Shown here: positions 36,420-48,293 of the stretch, one piece after another
Numbering within the stretch: the stretch's first letter is position 1
Layout of the letters: every line of letters begins with the position of its first letter
From: Camelus ferus
Lineage: Eukaryota
DNA: 64,000 nucleotides
Direction: 5' to 3'
NCBI RefSeq assembly: GCF_009834535.1
Contig: NC_045698.1
Span: forward strand, 3,598,001 to 3,662,000
Made by a program: the position numbers and the translations under genes
Notes under the pieces: model-generated
What the model was told of the DNA's origin: nothing
Database searches by the model: none
What the model saw: only the letters and a program-made list of their open reading frames with translations

Positions 36420-36495
36420 ATCTGCTGAACGTTAGCTGTGTGACTTTGGGCAAATTACTTAACATCTCTGTGCCCAGGTTTCTTCTGTATGCCAG
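36420..36495. mobile_element. MIR SINE core fragment
   Basis: agctgtgtgactttgggcaaattacttaacatctctgtgcccaggtttctt is the MIR core. Confidence 0.75.
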
Positions 36496-39400
36496 ACAAG
36501 GTCCAACCAAGACAATGGAAACCTTTATGGTGGTTTAAAGACAAAGAGGACTTAATGTGATCGTCACAGGAGACAGAAGCTGGACTCACGGAGGGAATGT
36601 CCCGCCAGGATGTTCATGGGTGCACAGCCAGTGGGGGCAGCCCCTCCCCAAATGGAAAGCAGAGTCGTAGGGCCAGATATGAGGGCACCCGTCCTGGTGT
36701 ATAAAGTGGGCATGAGGACAGTACCCTCCCTGAGGGGTTGTACTGAGAGTGACGAGCTGATCCCGCTGATGCCTGAGCCTGCCTGGCATCTGATGGGGGC
36801 TCACCAAGCGCTACCTCGTGTGACCTGGCGGGGTGTTGCAGTAGCAAGGACAAAGCCGTCAGCTCAAGTTGAAGACCAGCTGGGACAAGCCGTAAGAAGA
36901 CGGCTTTTTGTTAGTTGCTGTTTTGACATGAAACTTCCTCCCTGGCTGCACCTGCATCTAAACGTCTTGGGGTTAAACTCTGTTGGTCCATCCAATGCCA
37001 GGAAAACGAGTTTCTACTGATACCCCGTGGTTTTGGCATTAGGAAAATATAGAAACCTTAGGCGTTGCCACTAGTTTCATTTCATTTACTCGGGAAACTC
37101 CCACTCACTGGATTCTAAGAAAATCAAGACACTTGCTTGGAGTGAGAGGCCAGGGCAGCTTGCTCTCCATGGGCACAGCGAATGTCCTCTTTGCTGAACA
37201 CAACACAGTTCCCAAGACCCGACAGTGGATTCTGGAGAGTTGTTGAGTGGGAAGACCATGGATGTACGGGAGGTCCCTCAAAGCACTTTAAAAATCCGCA
37301 CCTTAAAATCAAGTTTAGCAAGACTCAGTGTGTCACAGGTTCCGGCTCATTTCAACCACGCATTTGCCATTGCCAGTGTGTATGCACTGCCAAACGTTTA
37401 CAAAATCATTTTACCCGCTTTGGCTCATTTGATCCTCAGAGAAACCAAGTGACCTGGGAAGGACGGGGTGCCATGCCCTCTTCTGGGGATAAGATGCAGC
37501 AAGTGCGGTGGCCTGTCCCGCGGGACTGAGTGGTCCAGGGCATGAAAACGAGCTTGGCCCCTCACTCCACGTGCGAGCTTGTTTGGACGGCTGCCCTGCT
37601 CAGGCGTTTTACAGAAAGTTGCCATCACCTTGGGATGCAGAACATGCAGCTTCAATATGTGCTTAACTTCGGTGTCTCCTCCCATTCAGGTTCTCTCTCT
37701 CTCTCTCTCCATTGTTGCTAAACCACCTTAATTGTGTTTGTGAGATGCAAATGTGATTAAGCATGGATGCAGAATTCACAATACACTCAATAAAAACAAA
37801 ACAAAACAAAACAAAAACAAGAGCTAACATCTTCTTTCCTTGAAGACATTTTCACTGGTTCCCCGTTAGGGAAATGACTCCTTGGAGAATCTTTCATGCA
37901 AAACACCCGTTTGTTTGGAGCGATGTTGAATGTCCTCGTTAACAGCCCCAATCCCACCAGGAAGCCTTGCTCTCTGGCAGGGCCTGCCTGATGTGACCCA
38001 GTCTCCCCCTAGGGTGTTCGCCTACTTGAAGGAGAGCCTGCCAAAAAACGCAGCCCACTTCACTTTCTCCCTAATTAGGAAATTATCACATACTCACTGT
38101 AGGTGGATTGGAAAGTACTGGGGCGGGGGGAGGGGGTTGGGGGGATAAGGAAGAAAGGAAGGAAGGAAGGAAGGAAGGAAGAGCTTCACTGATCCCACCA
38201 GCTGGAAATAATCATTATTAAGCTTTTTGTGTATTTCCTTCCAGCATTTTAAAAAGTATTTTGTGATTGCAATTTTGTGCATGTTAAGACTCTTCCTCCA
38301 TTCAAAAACTAAACTTGCAGAATTGGTACCGGATGTGCAGAATCTCCCAAAGAAAGAGAGAAGGGAGCCAGCAGCTCCAGAAAGGTATTCCTTGCCCGGG
38401 ACCTGTGTGCGGAGGGTGTGGGGCTGGAACTGTGTATCACCCTGGGGCTGCTGGCGTCAGCCTCACCCTCTGCCCGCTCTGTACGCGGGGCTTCTGTGTG
38501 CGCTCACGTTGTGATGCAGGCTGCTATAAACTGTACCTGCTTCTGCAAAGGACAGATTCGCACTCTCGTGCTGTCTTCATGGTGCACCCACAATCATCTA
38601 GTCCGACCCAGCTCTGCTCCGGGGACCTGCCTGCCAAGCACTGGAGCTGGTCTCTAGGTCAAACATCTGAGGGCACAAGAGAAGCAGACTTCCTTGCTTC
38701 CTCACAATTTAATTTTGTGGACAGATTATTTTTTCCTGAATTTCAGGTATTTGCAAGTGCGCTGATAAAGCATCCGAGTTAGTACACAGGGGCCGTGAAA
38801 TTCACACAACACAATGCGGATTTTAGAAAATCAATGCCGCCTCTTAGTTTCTTCACAGCTGAGCTGCAACCCTTCGAGTGCCTGTCGTATGGCGCGTGGT
38901 GGACAAAATTTGAGTTGTCTGGTGAACCGCAGACGTCTCTCACTGCTGCCTTCCTGAGGAATGTGCCGCGGGTGGCAGTGCTCAGATTCTCTGCCAGGGA
39001 TGCTCTCTCCTCCCAGGCGCGGCCTCGCCGCCCAGGACCCGCTCCGCCCGCGCGCCCCCCCCACCCCACCCCCCCGTGCGCAGCCCAGGGCGCCCACGGC
39101 TGCGGAGCCAGGCTGCGGGTGTCCGCGCCGAGCCCCCCCATGGGAAGGCATGGGGTCTCATCGTGGTCTCCCTTGGCACCGCCTCAGTGTCTAAGGATGT
39201 TGAGCTCTTTTCTATGTACTTAATTTCCACCTGCTTTCCACATCTTTTATACTTTTTAAAATGCATTGTTTTCTTATTTTTGAGTTTTGATTATTTGGCA
39301 CAGGAGCCCTTTGTCAGACGCGAGATTTGCAAACATTTCCTGTCTTTCCCTCCTCTTAGCACCTCTCACAGGGCAGGACCTGGCCATTTGGGTGAAGCCA

Positions 39401-41129
39401 GTCGTTCAGTTTGCCGTGTTGTGGCTTGTGCTTCCGGTGCCGTGTCCGAGGGGTCTTCGCCTCCTCCAAGGGCACGGGCGTTTTCTCTCACGCTCTCTTC
39501 CAGACGTTTGGCACAGCTGGGGCCCAGTTGGGTCTGCGATGCTCCCTGAGGTTCTCTGTTGTAAAACGAGAAGCTCGGGTTTGGGCGGATGGGTGTCCGA
39601 TGGTTCCAGCGCCGCCCGATGGAGCCTTTGTTTTCCACAGTGCGCATTACAGCTGCTCAGCCCTGGACAGGGTGTTCATGTGAAATTTCTCATTTAACTT
39701 TCAAAGCAATCCTCTGAGCATGGGGGGATGGAGTCATCTACCGTCTCCACCCGGACAGACAGGGACCCTGAGGCAGAGAGCGTGTGAGTGCTGCCCGGGG
39801 TCACCCAGCAGGAAAAAGCAGGGCTGAGACCCGGATGGCGCCTGCCTGGGTTCCCTCTAGCCCTCTGAGGCTGCTTCAGCCCAAAGTCAAATAAAAACTA
39901 CTCTTGACCTGGTAAAGAGAGATGTTTTGAAGAGGGAGAGAGGGGCCGTTGCCACGTGGGGAGGACACACAGTCAGGTCCGGAAGCTTCTCACCAGTCAG
40001 AGACGGGGCCTCTTTGGTGGAGAGGAGTGACTCTCTGTGGGGAAGTGGGCGGGGAGGGCGGCCTGCCAGGGCAGGAGGTCAGAGGACGCCCCAGCCCAGA
40101 GGGCAGGCAAAGGGAAACCTCCCAGGCAGGAGTGACTGGACCCTGATGAGGGAGCTGGAGAAAGTCCCCAGAAAGGACCGCAGATGCAGGGCCCCGCAGA
40201 GAGACGTGGCGGTGAAGGGGCCTTCCCCCCACACAGACCTGTAAGGGGACGGCCGCGTCACGTGCCAGGGTTTGACGGCTGAACTCCAGGGACACAATGT
40301 TGCTGCAAAAACAACACATATTTAAAAAGTTGAGGTTGAGGTTTCTCTACGTGAGTTCAAAGAAGGGCCTTCAAGGAGCCCCGGCAGCTGCAGAAGGCCT
40401 GTGAGGAGAGGCCTGGGATGGGCCCGGGGTCGGGCTCTCCCCGCAGACCACTGAACTGGGGTTCCCAGAGAGGGCCCCCGGCATCTGCGTTCTTTTCTGA
40501 ACCGTCCACGTGGAAGCCTCTCTGGCATAGAGCCCAGAGCTGGCATATCACACAAGAAAAGAGTGTTCCATGTAGAGGGAGTGATTTGAAAAAAGAGATA
40601 GAGGTAGAAATTAGTTTTCAGAAGTTAGAGAATATTCTGTAGGCCAGACTCAGAACGAGTCAGGTCCCAGAATCATTTCTCAGCCCCGTAATCCATTTCC
40701 CTGTTGTTTCCTCTTTCGCAAATACACATATTTGCCATCAGTCAGCATCTCGATGGCAAGAAGTGAGTTGGAGCGGGGAGTTAACTCGAGTGCGAGAAAA
40801 ATGCCCCATTTCCTTCTGCTTCGTCAGGGAGTCTCTTGCAGGCTAGCAGACCACGTGGAGGTGCTTGTTCTGAGGGAGAAGGGCTCCAGCCCCGCTCCCG
40901 CCTGCTCTCGTCCCCGGAGCCGCCCCAGCCGGGCCCTTCCCGGCTGGGGAGCCCTTTCTTCTTACATCACCCTGCTCAAGGCCAGCGAGAGAGGCACCAC
41001 GTAAACTTAGGACAGAAGAAGCTAAACGGTGACAACCAAGGGTAAGAACACATTTTCTAAGAGGTGACTACTGCTTCACCTCCTGTCGAGGCAGGGGGAC
41101 ACCTTTGTAAATTCACAGCTTCTAATCTC

Positions 41130-41305
41130 TTTTTTAAAAATATATTTTAAATGGAAGCATAGTTGATTCACAGTAGTATATTAGGCTCTGCTTCCCTGTG
41201 CTGTGACTATACGCTTGTAGCTCATCCGTTTTATACCCAGTCGTCTGCACCTCCTACTCCCGGCCAACCTTGCCCCCCGTCACTGGGAACCACTGGTTTG
41301 TTCCC
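41130..41305 (-). mobile_element. Artiodactyl L1 3'-end fragment
   Basis: tggaagcatagttgattcaca...ttccctgtgct...gggaaccactggtttgttc, related to 61130-61335. Confidence 0.6.
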
Positions 41306-43519
41306 TCGCAGCTTCTAATTTCTAACCTCGACTTTGGTCTTGGCTGCCCAGGCCACACAAAGCCTTCCTTTCCATCCAGGGTCTGTGGAAACAAGTGTCT
41401 GATGATGGATGGGACGGGTCTTGCGGGACGGGTCTTGCAGCCCTGGCTTGTGAGTTTCCCAAGACTGCATCCTCCAGACCTACTGCATCATGCATCTCTG
41501 TCTTTATCTCATCCCTGTGGGTGACTTTGGAGAAGTGGGGTGGCTGTAGACAGACCAAGAGCTCCAAAAGATGCCTATGAAGATACTTCTGGCTTATAGC
41601 CTAAGTTTTAGTTCATTTCACGCACAAGTGTGTTTTCCCATAGAAGCAGGTTAATGATGCTTCATCATTAGTGCACTGATCCATTCGTCAGTGTATGCAC
41701 TGAGCACCTACCCTGCGCTAGGCTGTGAATGGGGCAGGACCGCTACGCATGGGAGCCCACCGTCCAGGGAACAGGGGAGGGGAGCCTCCAGGAAGGACCC
41801 TGATGAGTCGGTCTGATGAATCTTTCTCTTCGCTGAGCATTAACTTGAGGCCTTCATTTCCCCTGAAGTACCCAACAGGGTGTCTCTGTCCAGAGTGAAA
41901 TGAATGTACAATTAACATAAACCAGTGTGGGGGGAGGAAGCCCCCTTCTCAGGGCAGCTAAAGGAGATGCCAGCAGCACAGGGCGCATTTGCGTGTCTCA
42001 ACTCCAGGGAGCGCCCCTCAGCTCGGTCTGCGCCCACCACACGGTCAGAAATGACTCAGGCCTGCCCTGCACAGCAGTGGGGTCACGTTCGGGGCCGGGC
42101 AGTTGCAGAATCAGGGAAGGAGTCAGATCAGGTTAGATAAGCTGTGTCTTCCTCTGAGCAAAGTGATGGGGTTTTGTTGTTGTTTTTATTTTTGAAGGTG
42201 GGCTCACTGGTAGGTCGCCACCCAAGCATGGCAGACGAGATGCTCGCTGGTGGTGAGACAGTGGGACTGGGGACTCGGGCTCACCGTCCCCCGGCAGGGG
42301 CTCGTGGTGGAGGGAGAGGGGGAAGAAGACCCCAGCAGGATGGCCTCCTCGGGGGACAGATGGCTCTCCTGAGAGTGGGGTGGGGTGGCCAGACGGACAG
42401 GGGCTGAGGGAGTACAGGCATGGGTCCGGGGTGATGGGGTGGGGCCCTTGTCTTGGGGTGCCTTCTACATGGGGAGCGGGGAGGAGCCCGCCTGGGGCTG
42501 GTGCGGCTTAGACCCTCTCTTCCTGAGTACCCCCACCCCACCCCCGCCTTGGGCAGACTCTGCCTCTTGGCCTAGGTGGTGAAGAACTCGCTACTCCCAT
42601 CACAGCCTGAGAAGGTATATTGGTCAGGGGAGGTGCTGGGGCAGAGGCTCAGCGGAGATCAGGGTACGCTGGAGAGAGGATGGGGGAGCACCTTTGCCAG
42701 CACCTTTCCTCTCCGTGCATTGAGGAAGGAGCCTCCGCTTCCTACATGGGCCACAGTGGACCCTGACGTGGACAGCTCTGACGCCCAAGATCCCACAGTC
42801 GCCAAAGACAAAGGTGAGTTGGACCCTAACTCCAAATTCTCCATGGCCCCTCAGCTTCCTGAGGGATGACTTTTAGGCAGAGAAGCACATCCCTGTGCCT
42901 GTGAGCACAGGGCTGACAGGGCCCCCACCCATTCCAGACCCTGACGCTTTACGGACCTCTGTCCAGGGGTGTCTGCAAGCGGACGCCCCAGTTCAGGTCA
43001 GGGGCTGCGCTCCCCTGGACACCCATGTGTGCCCCGAAGTGCATGCAGACTCCCCACCCGGAGCCAGACACCCTTTCTGTCTCCAACATTGCGCCCCCTG
43101 GACCCCGGGGGGTGGGGAAGATGGGATCAGGGGCTCACACACCTGCTGGTGCCCTCCCTCGTGCCCTTCAAGGGGAAACCCAACCCACTCCATGAGTCCT
43201 TGTCTGTCACGGGATCAATAAAAGAATGGATGCTGCCTGTCATTTTGCAGCAAGGTTGAGAACCCCTTTGAATTAGGTAAGTCTGGCTTGATGTAATTTT
43301 GAATAAACAAATAACAAGAAAAAAGAAACAGAAAAGGAGAAATCTTCTGATCAAGTGCCCTGAACTTACAATTAGGTGCCATATTTGACTTGATCTCCCC
43401 AAGTTTACAGGGAATGACAGGCCTGGATTAAAACCTTCCCGCTTGAGCAACTGACATTCCGACGGAATGAAGGCTGGGAGTGGGATGTAGCCTCGTGGCT
43501 CTGACACTGTCGTGGACAC

Positions 43520-43658
43520 GGAACCACCCAAGGGCTTGTGAAAACACACCCAGGGCTCGGATTTGGCAGGTCAGAGTGGGGCCCAGTCACTTGCTTTCCC
43601 AGATTCCTGGGTGGTGCCGATTCTGCTGGTCCAGTGACCCCACCTTGCGAAGCACTGA
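43520..43658. mobile_element. MER5A-like hAT DNA transposon fossil
   Basis: gggcttgtgaaaacaca...caggtcagagtggggcccag...ctgctggtccagtgaccccaccttgcgaagcactg. Confidence 0.6.
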
Positions 43659-46600
43659 TGTTGTCCCTTTAGCTTGGCCACCTGGCAGTGCCACAGTGTC
43701 TGCCGCCTGTAGACGCTGCACTGAGGGAACGGAATCACGCGCTCAGGAGCAGCTAATTGCAGCATCAGGAGATGAAGGATTTTCAGATACACGTTGATCC
43801 TTTTATCGTTTGCTTAAAAATGAGGTTTGCTGAAATCTTGGAGTCTAAGACACCAGATTTTTTAAAAAATTCTTTCTCTTACATTTGGGGCTTTAGTTCT
43901 TCGCTGCGGTTTCCTTCCAATGGCTGTCAGCTCATACTGGGCAGAACTACATCCTCTAAATCACTCTTGAAGGCCTTGTGGTATTTAAAGTATCTTCTGT
44001 TTCCAACATCCTGGAACACTTAAGTAACCCTTCTCCAGATCAAATAATGTCCCCTGCGTTTTGGTTTATTTACAGTTTCTCTGAGGCTGCGGGAGAGCCA
44101 AGCCTTAGTGCTGGCAGGCAGCTGGGCTGCTCCCACCCTCTGCTACCTGGAGGTTAATTGAAACAAACACCCTGGAGAAGAGAAAGTCACCAGACAGGGG
44201 GCAGGAAAGCGGAGCCCTGGGGCTGGGGCTGCTGCCGCACTGCTGAATTCGAACAGCAAACCCCGAAACTGGGAAGGTCTGGGGCCCTGCCACCCGGGCA
44301 GGTCTGGGTCTCCTTCTTCGGGGATAGACTGCTTTGCTTTTGCTATTGTTTTCAATTTTACATGGAAAGAATTCTGAAATTAGAGGAAAAGATTTTTTAA
44401 AAAGAACAAGAACACTTGTATACCTTCTACTAAGAATCATTGTTTCCTTTTTTTCCTGTCTACTCTTCCGTCTGTCCTCTCTGTCTACGTCTGTGGATGT
44501 ATGTAACCTTTTCTGAATCATTTGAGAATAGCTTGCTGACATCATGGCTCTTTTCTCCTGAAAACGGGTGTGCTTGTTTTTTGCATGAACACAGTACAGG
44601 TACCAACTGCGGTGGCGTTAACGCTGATGCAATCCCTGTATCTGTGTATCTGGCCCACTGTGTGTGTTTCAGTTTTGACAGCTGGCCCCACAGTGTCCTC
44701 TATGGCATTTTCCCCTCCAGTAAAGGAGCCAGTCTCGGACTGTATCCTGCCTCCAGTTATCCCATCTTTCAGCCTCCTCTCAGCTGAATCCCGTTCGGAA
44801 CCCCATCTTTCTGGCTTTCATGGGCTGTGTTCTCAGTGTGTGTTTGCCGATGTTTGCTCACAAGCTGGTCCGTGCCCCGCGTGAGGGAAACTACACAACA
44901 CACGCCGTGCCCGAAGCACAGGGTGTTGTCTGCCCTCATTGCTAAAGTCGTGGTGGGCTCCAGTTTCTTCCTCTGCGGTCACTGGTTTTCCCCTTGTTTC
45001 TAATAAGAAATCTGTGGGGGGGGGGCAGTTCCTAAAGTATATATATATATATGTATATACAATCCACCACGTACCCCTCACCAGAACCCATCCCAGCCCC
45101 CCTCCCCTCCACATGGGCCGACAGCGTCACTGGTGAGTCTTGCCCGTACCGCTCCGCACAGAGACGGCTGCTAATGAAGCTTTTTCAACCCAGTTCATCC
45201 TCGACTTTATCAGCTGAATGTGGCATTTCACTGAAGGCAAGAGCCTGCCCTTCTCCCCTACTTATTCTGCATATCTATTTATTGTTGACAAGGATGTAGG
45301 GGTTTTTGCAATAATTCATTACCACCCTCAGTGATGCTGGAATGAAAACTGACCCAGACGTGGCTACTGGGAGCTCCTTCCACCGGCATCTGGGATCTGT
45401 GTCCTCGTCACAAGACCCTGTCTTTTCTTTAGCATTGTCTTCCTTGCTGACACAATAGGATGTTCCAAGCTCATCTTTGACTTCCTCTGCCCCATCCCTA
45501 GGACCTGCCATTTTTATACATAAAACAAGGCAGTTGACTTCTGCTTGGTTCACTTCAATGGTATAGAGTTTTCTTTAATAAGTACTTAGAGTCTAGAATG
45601 GAAGGCTTCCAGTCAGATAAGACTCCTTTGGTGGCAAGAGACAGGAAACCCGACTGGAGTGAGCATCGGCGAAACACCAGTTAACTGGATGACAGAATCC
45701 AAGGAAGAGCTGAACCCTGTGGTACTTCTGAGCCCCGGGGCCCTGACCCCCAGGTGGAGACGGTGTCAGGCTTCCTCAGTGTCAGGACCTCATCTTTGGT
45801 CCTCCCAGGGAGCCACTGTGATTCCAGACCCTTCCTCCAAAAGGCAGGAAACATGGCACCCAGAATGCCCTTGGCCCCTGTGGTTCAGCTTCCCCACTGG
45901 GGAATTCCTGCTCCAAAACCCTGGGAAAAGACTCAGAGTTTCCTAGTGGATCAGGTTCCTATCCCTGGATTAATCAAGAAGGCCATGGAGACAGGCTCAA
46001 AGAAGAACAGGGCAGCTTCCGAGCTGGCAGAGTGGAGGCAGAGGAGGGGTTCTGGCAGCATTAAGCAGATCCCCCCACACTCAGCTGCTCGGATGGAGGA
46101 AGGATGGGTGGATGTCCTGCTCACTGGGCTCATTGCTGCCAATGAGTTCTTCTTTTATTCTAAGCGATGCTGGAATATAAAGTTTCTAACAACCACAAAA
46201 CCACAGCATGTCCCCAACAGAGCTTCACGGCTGGCGGCAGACGTGTTTGGAGGAGCAGCCAGCACGCACGCCTGCCCCGCACCCACCTGTGTGCCCTGTG
46301 GCATTAATATGTGCATATATGGAAGAGGCTCCTGGGAGGAAGGGAAGGGGGACTTGGAGACTGACACCAAATCTCTGTGACCTTGGGCAACTGGTCCGAC
46401 CTCGTGGATCTTAGACTAGCTTGAAAGTCACTGTCAGCTCTGACAACCCATGATTGTGTGGTCTGTGTTATTTTGACATCTCTGGCCTTACCGTCATGTA
46501 GATCTTGGGCCACCATGACTCTTGGTGACCATAGATGGACAGAGAGTCCAATTCTGGACTGGCCCCTTCCCCTCCCAATTACCTAATCCCCTACTCCCTT

Positions 46601-48163
46601 CTGGCATGCCTTTGACATTCTTCTGGTTTGGACCCAATCCACAGGTCCTGCTTCACCCGTCAAATTCCAGATTAGGTGTGTCTAGTGCCGTGCCAAGGTG
46701 TGGCCAGAATGAGGCCAGCATGCTAGGCTCCTCTACCCCGAAGCGGCAGCCACTGCCCTCATCATCCCAGGAACAGCCCTGCCGCACACGGCAACCCTGT
46801 GTCCCCAGACCTCAGCACCAGCAGCCACGGGGGTCCTATCAGCAGCCACTCCCTGCCGACAGCTGGAAAGCCCTTCCCAAGGCCCCCCCCCCCGGCCCCC
46901 AGCGGGGCGATGGGACCTGCAGGAAGACATTTGGAAGTGGGTGCTAGGCTACAGGCTAGGTGACTCGTGTTTTGGCTTTATTATGAATGCGTCATGTTCC
47001 TGGGACTCTGGGCAAGCCTGGAAAGTGGATTTGAGACTAAATTCTCGGTTCCACCACAAGGGATGGGATTAGTGGTTCCGGGGCCCTGCCAGGAGCACAG
47101 CTGAGTAGACAAGCCACAGTGATCTAATCTCCCCAGCTCTGGGCTGGCCCCGTCCAGCTGCGACGGGGGAGTTCTAGCTGGAGGGTGCGGAGGGAGCTCG
47201 AGCCTAGGGGAAAGGTATGTGAGTGTTTGTGGACATGGGAGGGGAGAGGGAGAGGGCTGTGTGAGAGAAAGAGAAGGACTGCAGGGAGAGGCCACGCGAG
47301 CAGATGTGAGCAGCCCTGGACCCAGGGAGGAGAGAAGACATGAGTGCTAAAGAAAGCTGAGAGAGGCCAGTGCCCTTGGGAGGAGCAAGGAACAGCAGAG
47401 GAAGGGATGGACTGCTTTTGTCCAGAAGAAGTGAGTCATGTTTCATTTCCACAAAAAGAGGCTAATGAAAGGACATTGTTGGTTAAATAAGGGAGTTTTA
47501 AAATGCTTGGTTATTCTCAAGAAGGGATCAGGGAGATGCTGCGTCCTCATCTTGACAAGGTTCCTCCCGGGAGCCTGTGCACACGTGACGCCCGGAGACG
47601 TGTGGGTGGGTGTCTGGTGCGCATGCCTTCCCTCCCTTAGCTGGTGTCTGCCGAGCGCCTGCCACGTGCTAGACTCGGTAGCAGATGCAGGGGATACACG
47701 GAGGAGGGGGCACCGTAGCTCAGCCTGGAGGAAGAGTAGAGCCATGGCCGGGGAAGACGGGGTAGCAGGGCACATGCTGCACTGGGCACGGGGGTGAGAA
47801 CCAGCCGGGACTGTGGGCCATGGGGACACCGAGCGACGGTGCCCGGGAGAGAGGCAGCTAGACCGCTACCCTCACCGGGAGACCGGGGAATGCGCAGGAC
47901 GCGCTCCACTGGAAGCGTGTGGCGCTGGAGGACGAGGCCAGGACCCTGGCTGCTGCCTGGTGGATGGTGACAGACATCAGACTCAATGCAGAGCGGATGT
48001 GGACACGATGAGTCCTCTTCCCCTGCCTGGGATGTGCGTCTCTCCCCCTTCACCTGGTGGCTCCCTCATACCTCCGTGATCAGCTCAAACACACCCCCTC
48101 AAAGACAGGCACCTGCCCTGAGCCAGCGCACCTAGGCCAGCGACAGGGCCCCGAGGCTCAGCA

Positions 48164-48293
48164 GGGGCGGGTGCAGCTCAGTGGAGGAGCGCGTGCTTAG
48201 CTTGCAGGAGGTCCTGGGTTCAATCCCCTGTATCTCCATTAAAATAAACCTAATTCTCCCCACAAGAACAAATTAAAACCCCCCAAAAACAAA
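48164..48293 (+). mobile_element. tRNA-derived SINE, Vic-1-like (camelid), long-tail form
   Basis: GGGGCGGGTGCAGCTCAGTGG (A box)...GAGGTCCTGGGTTCAATCCCC (B box), followed by the tail aaataaacctaattctcccc. Confidence 0.8.

Noticed and set aside
48164..48240. tRNA gene (also at 19184)
   Set aside because: Has A and B boxes but degenerate stems, an A-rich tail and, for the 19184 copy, a TSD. These fit a tRNA-derived SINE.
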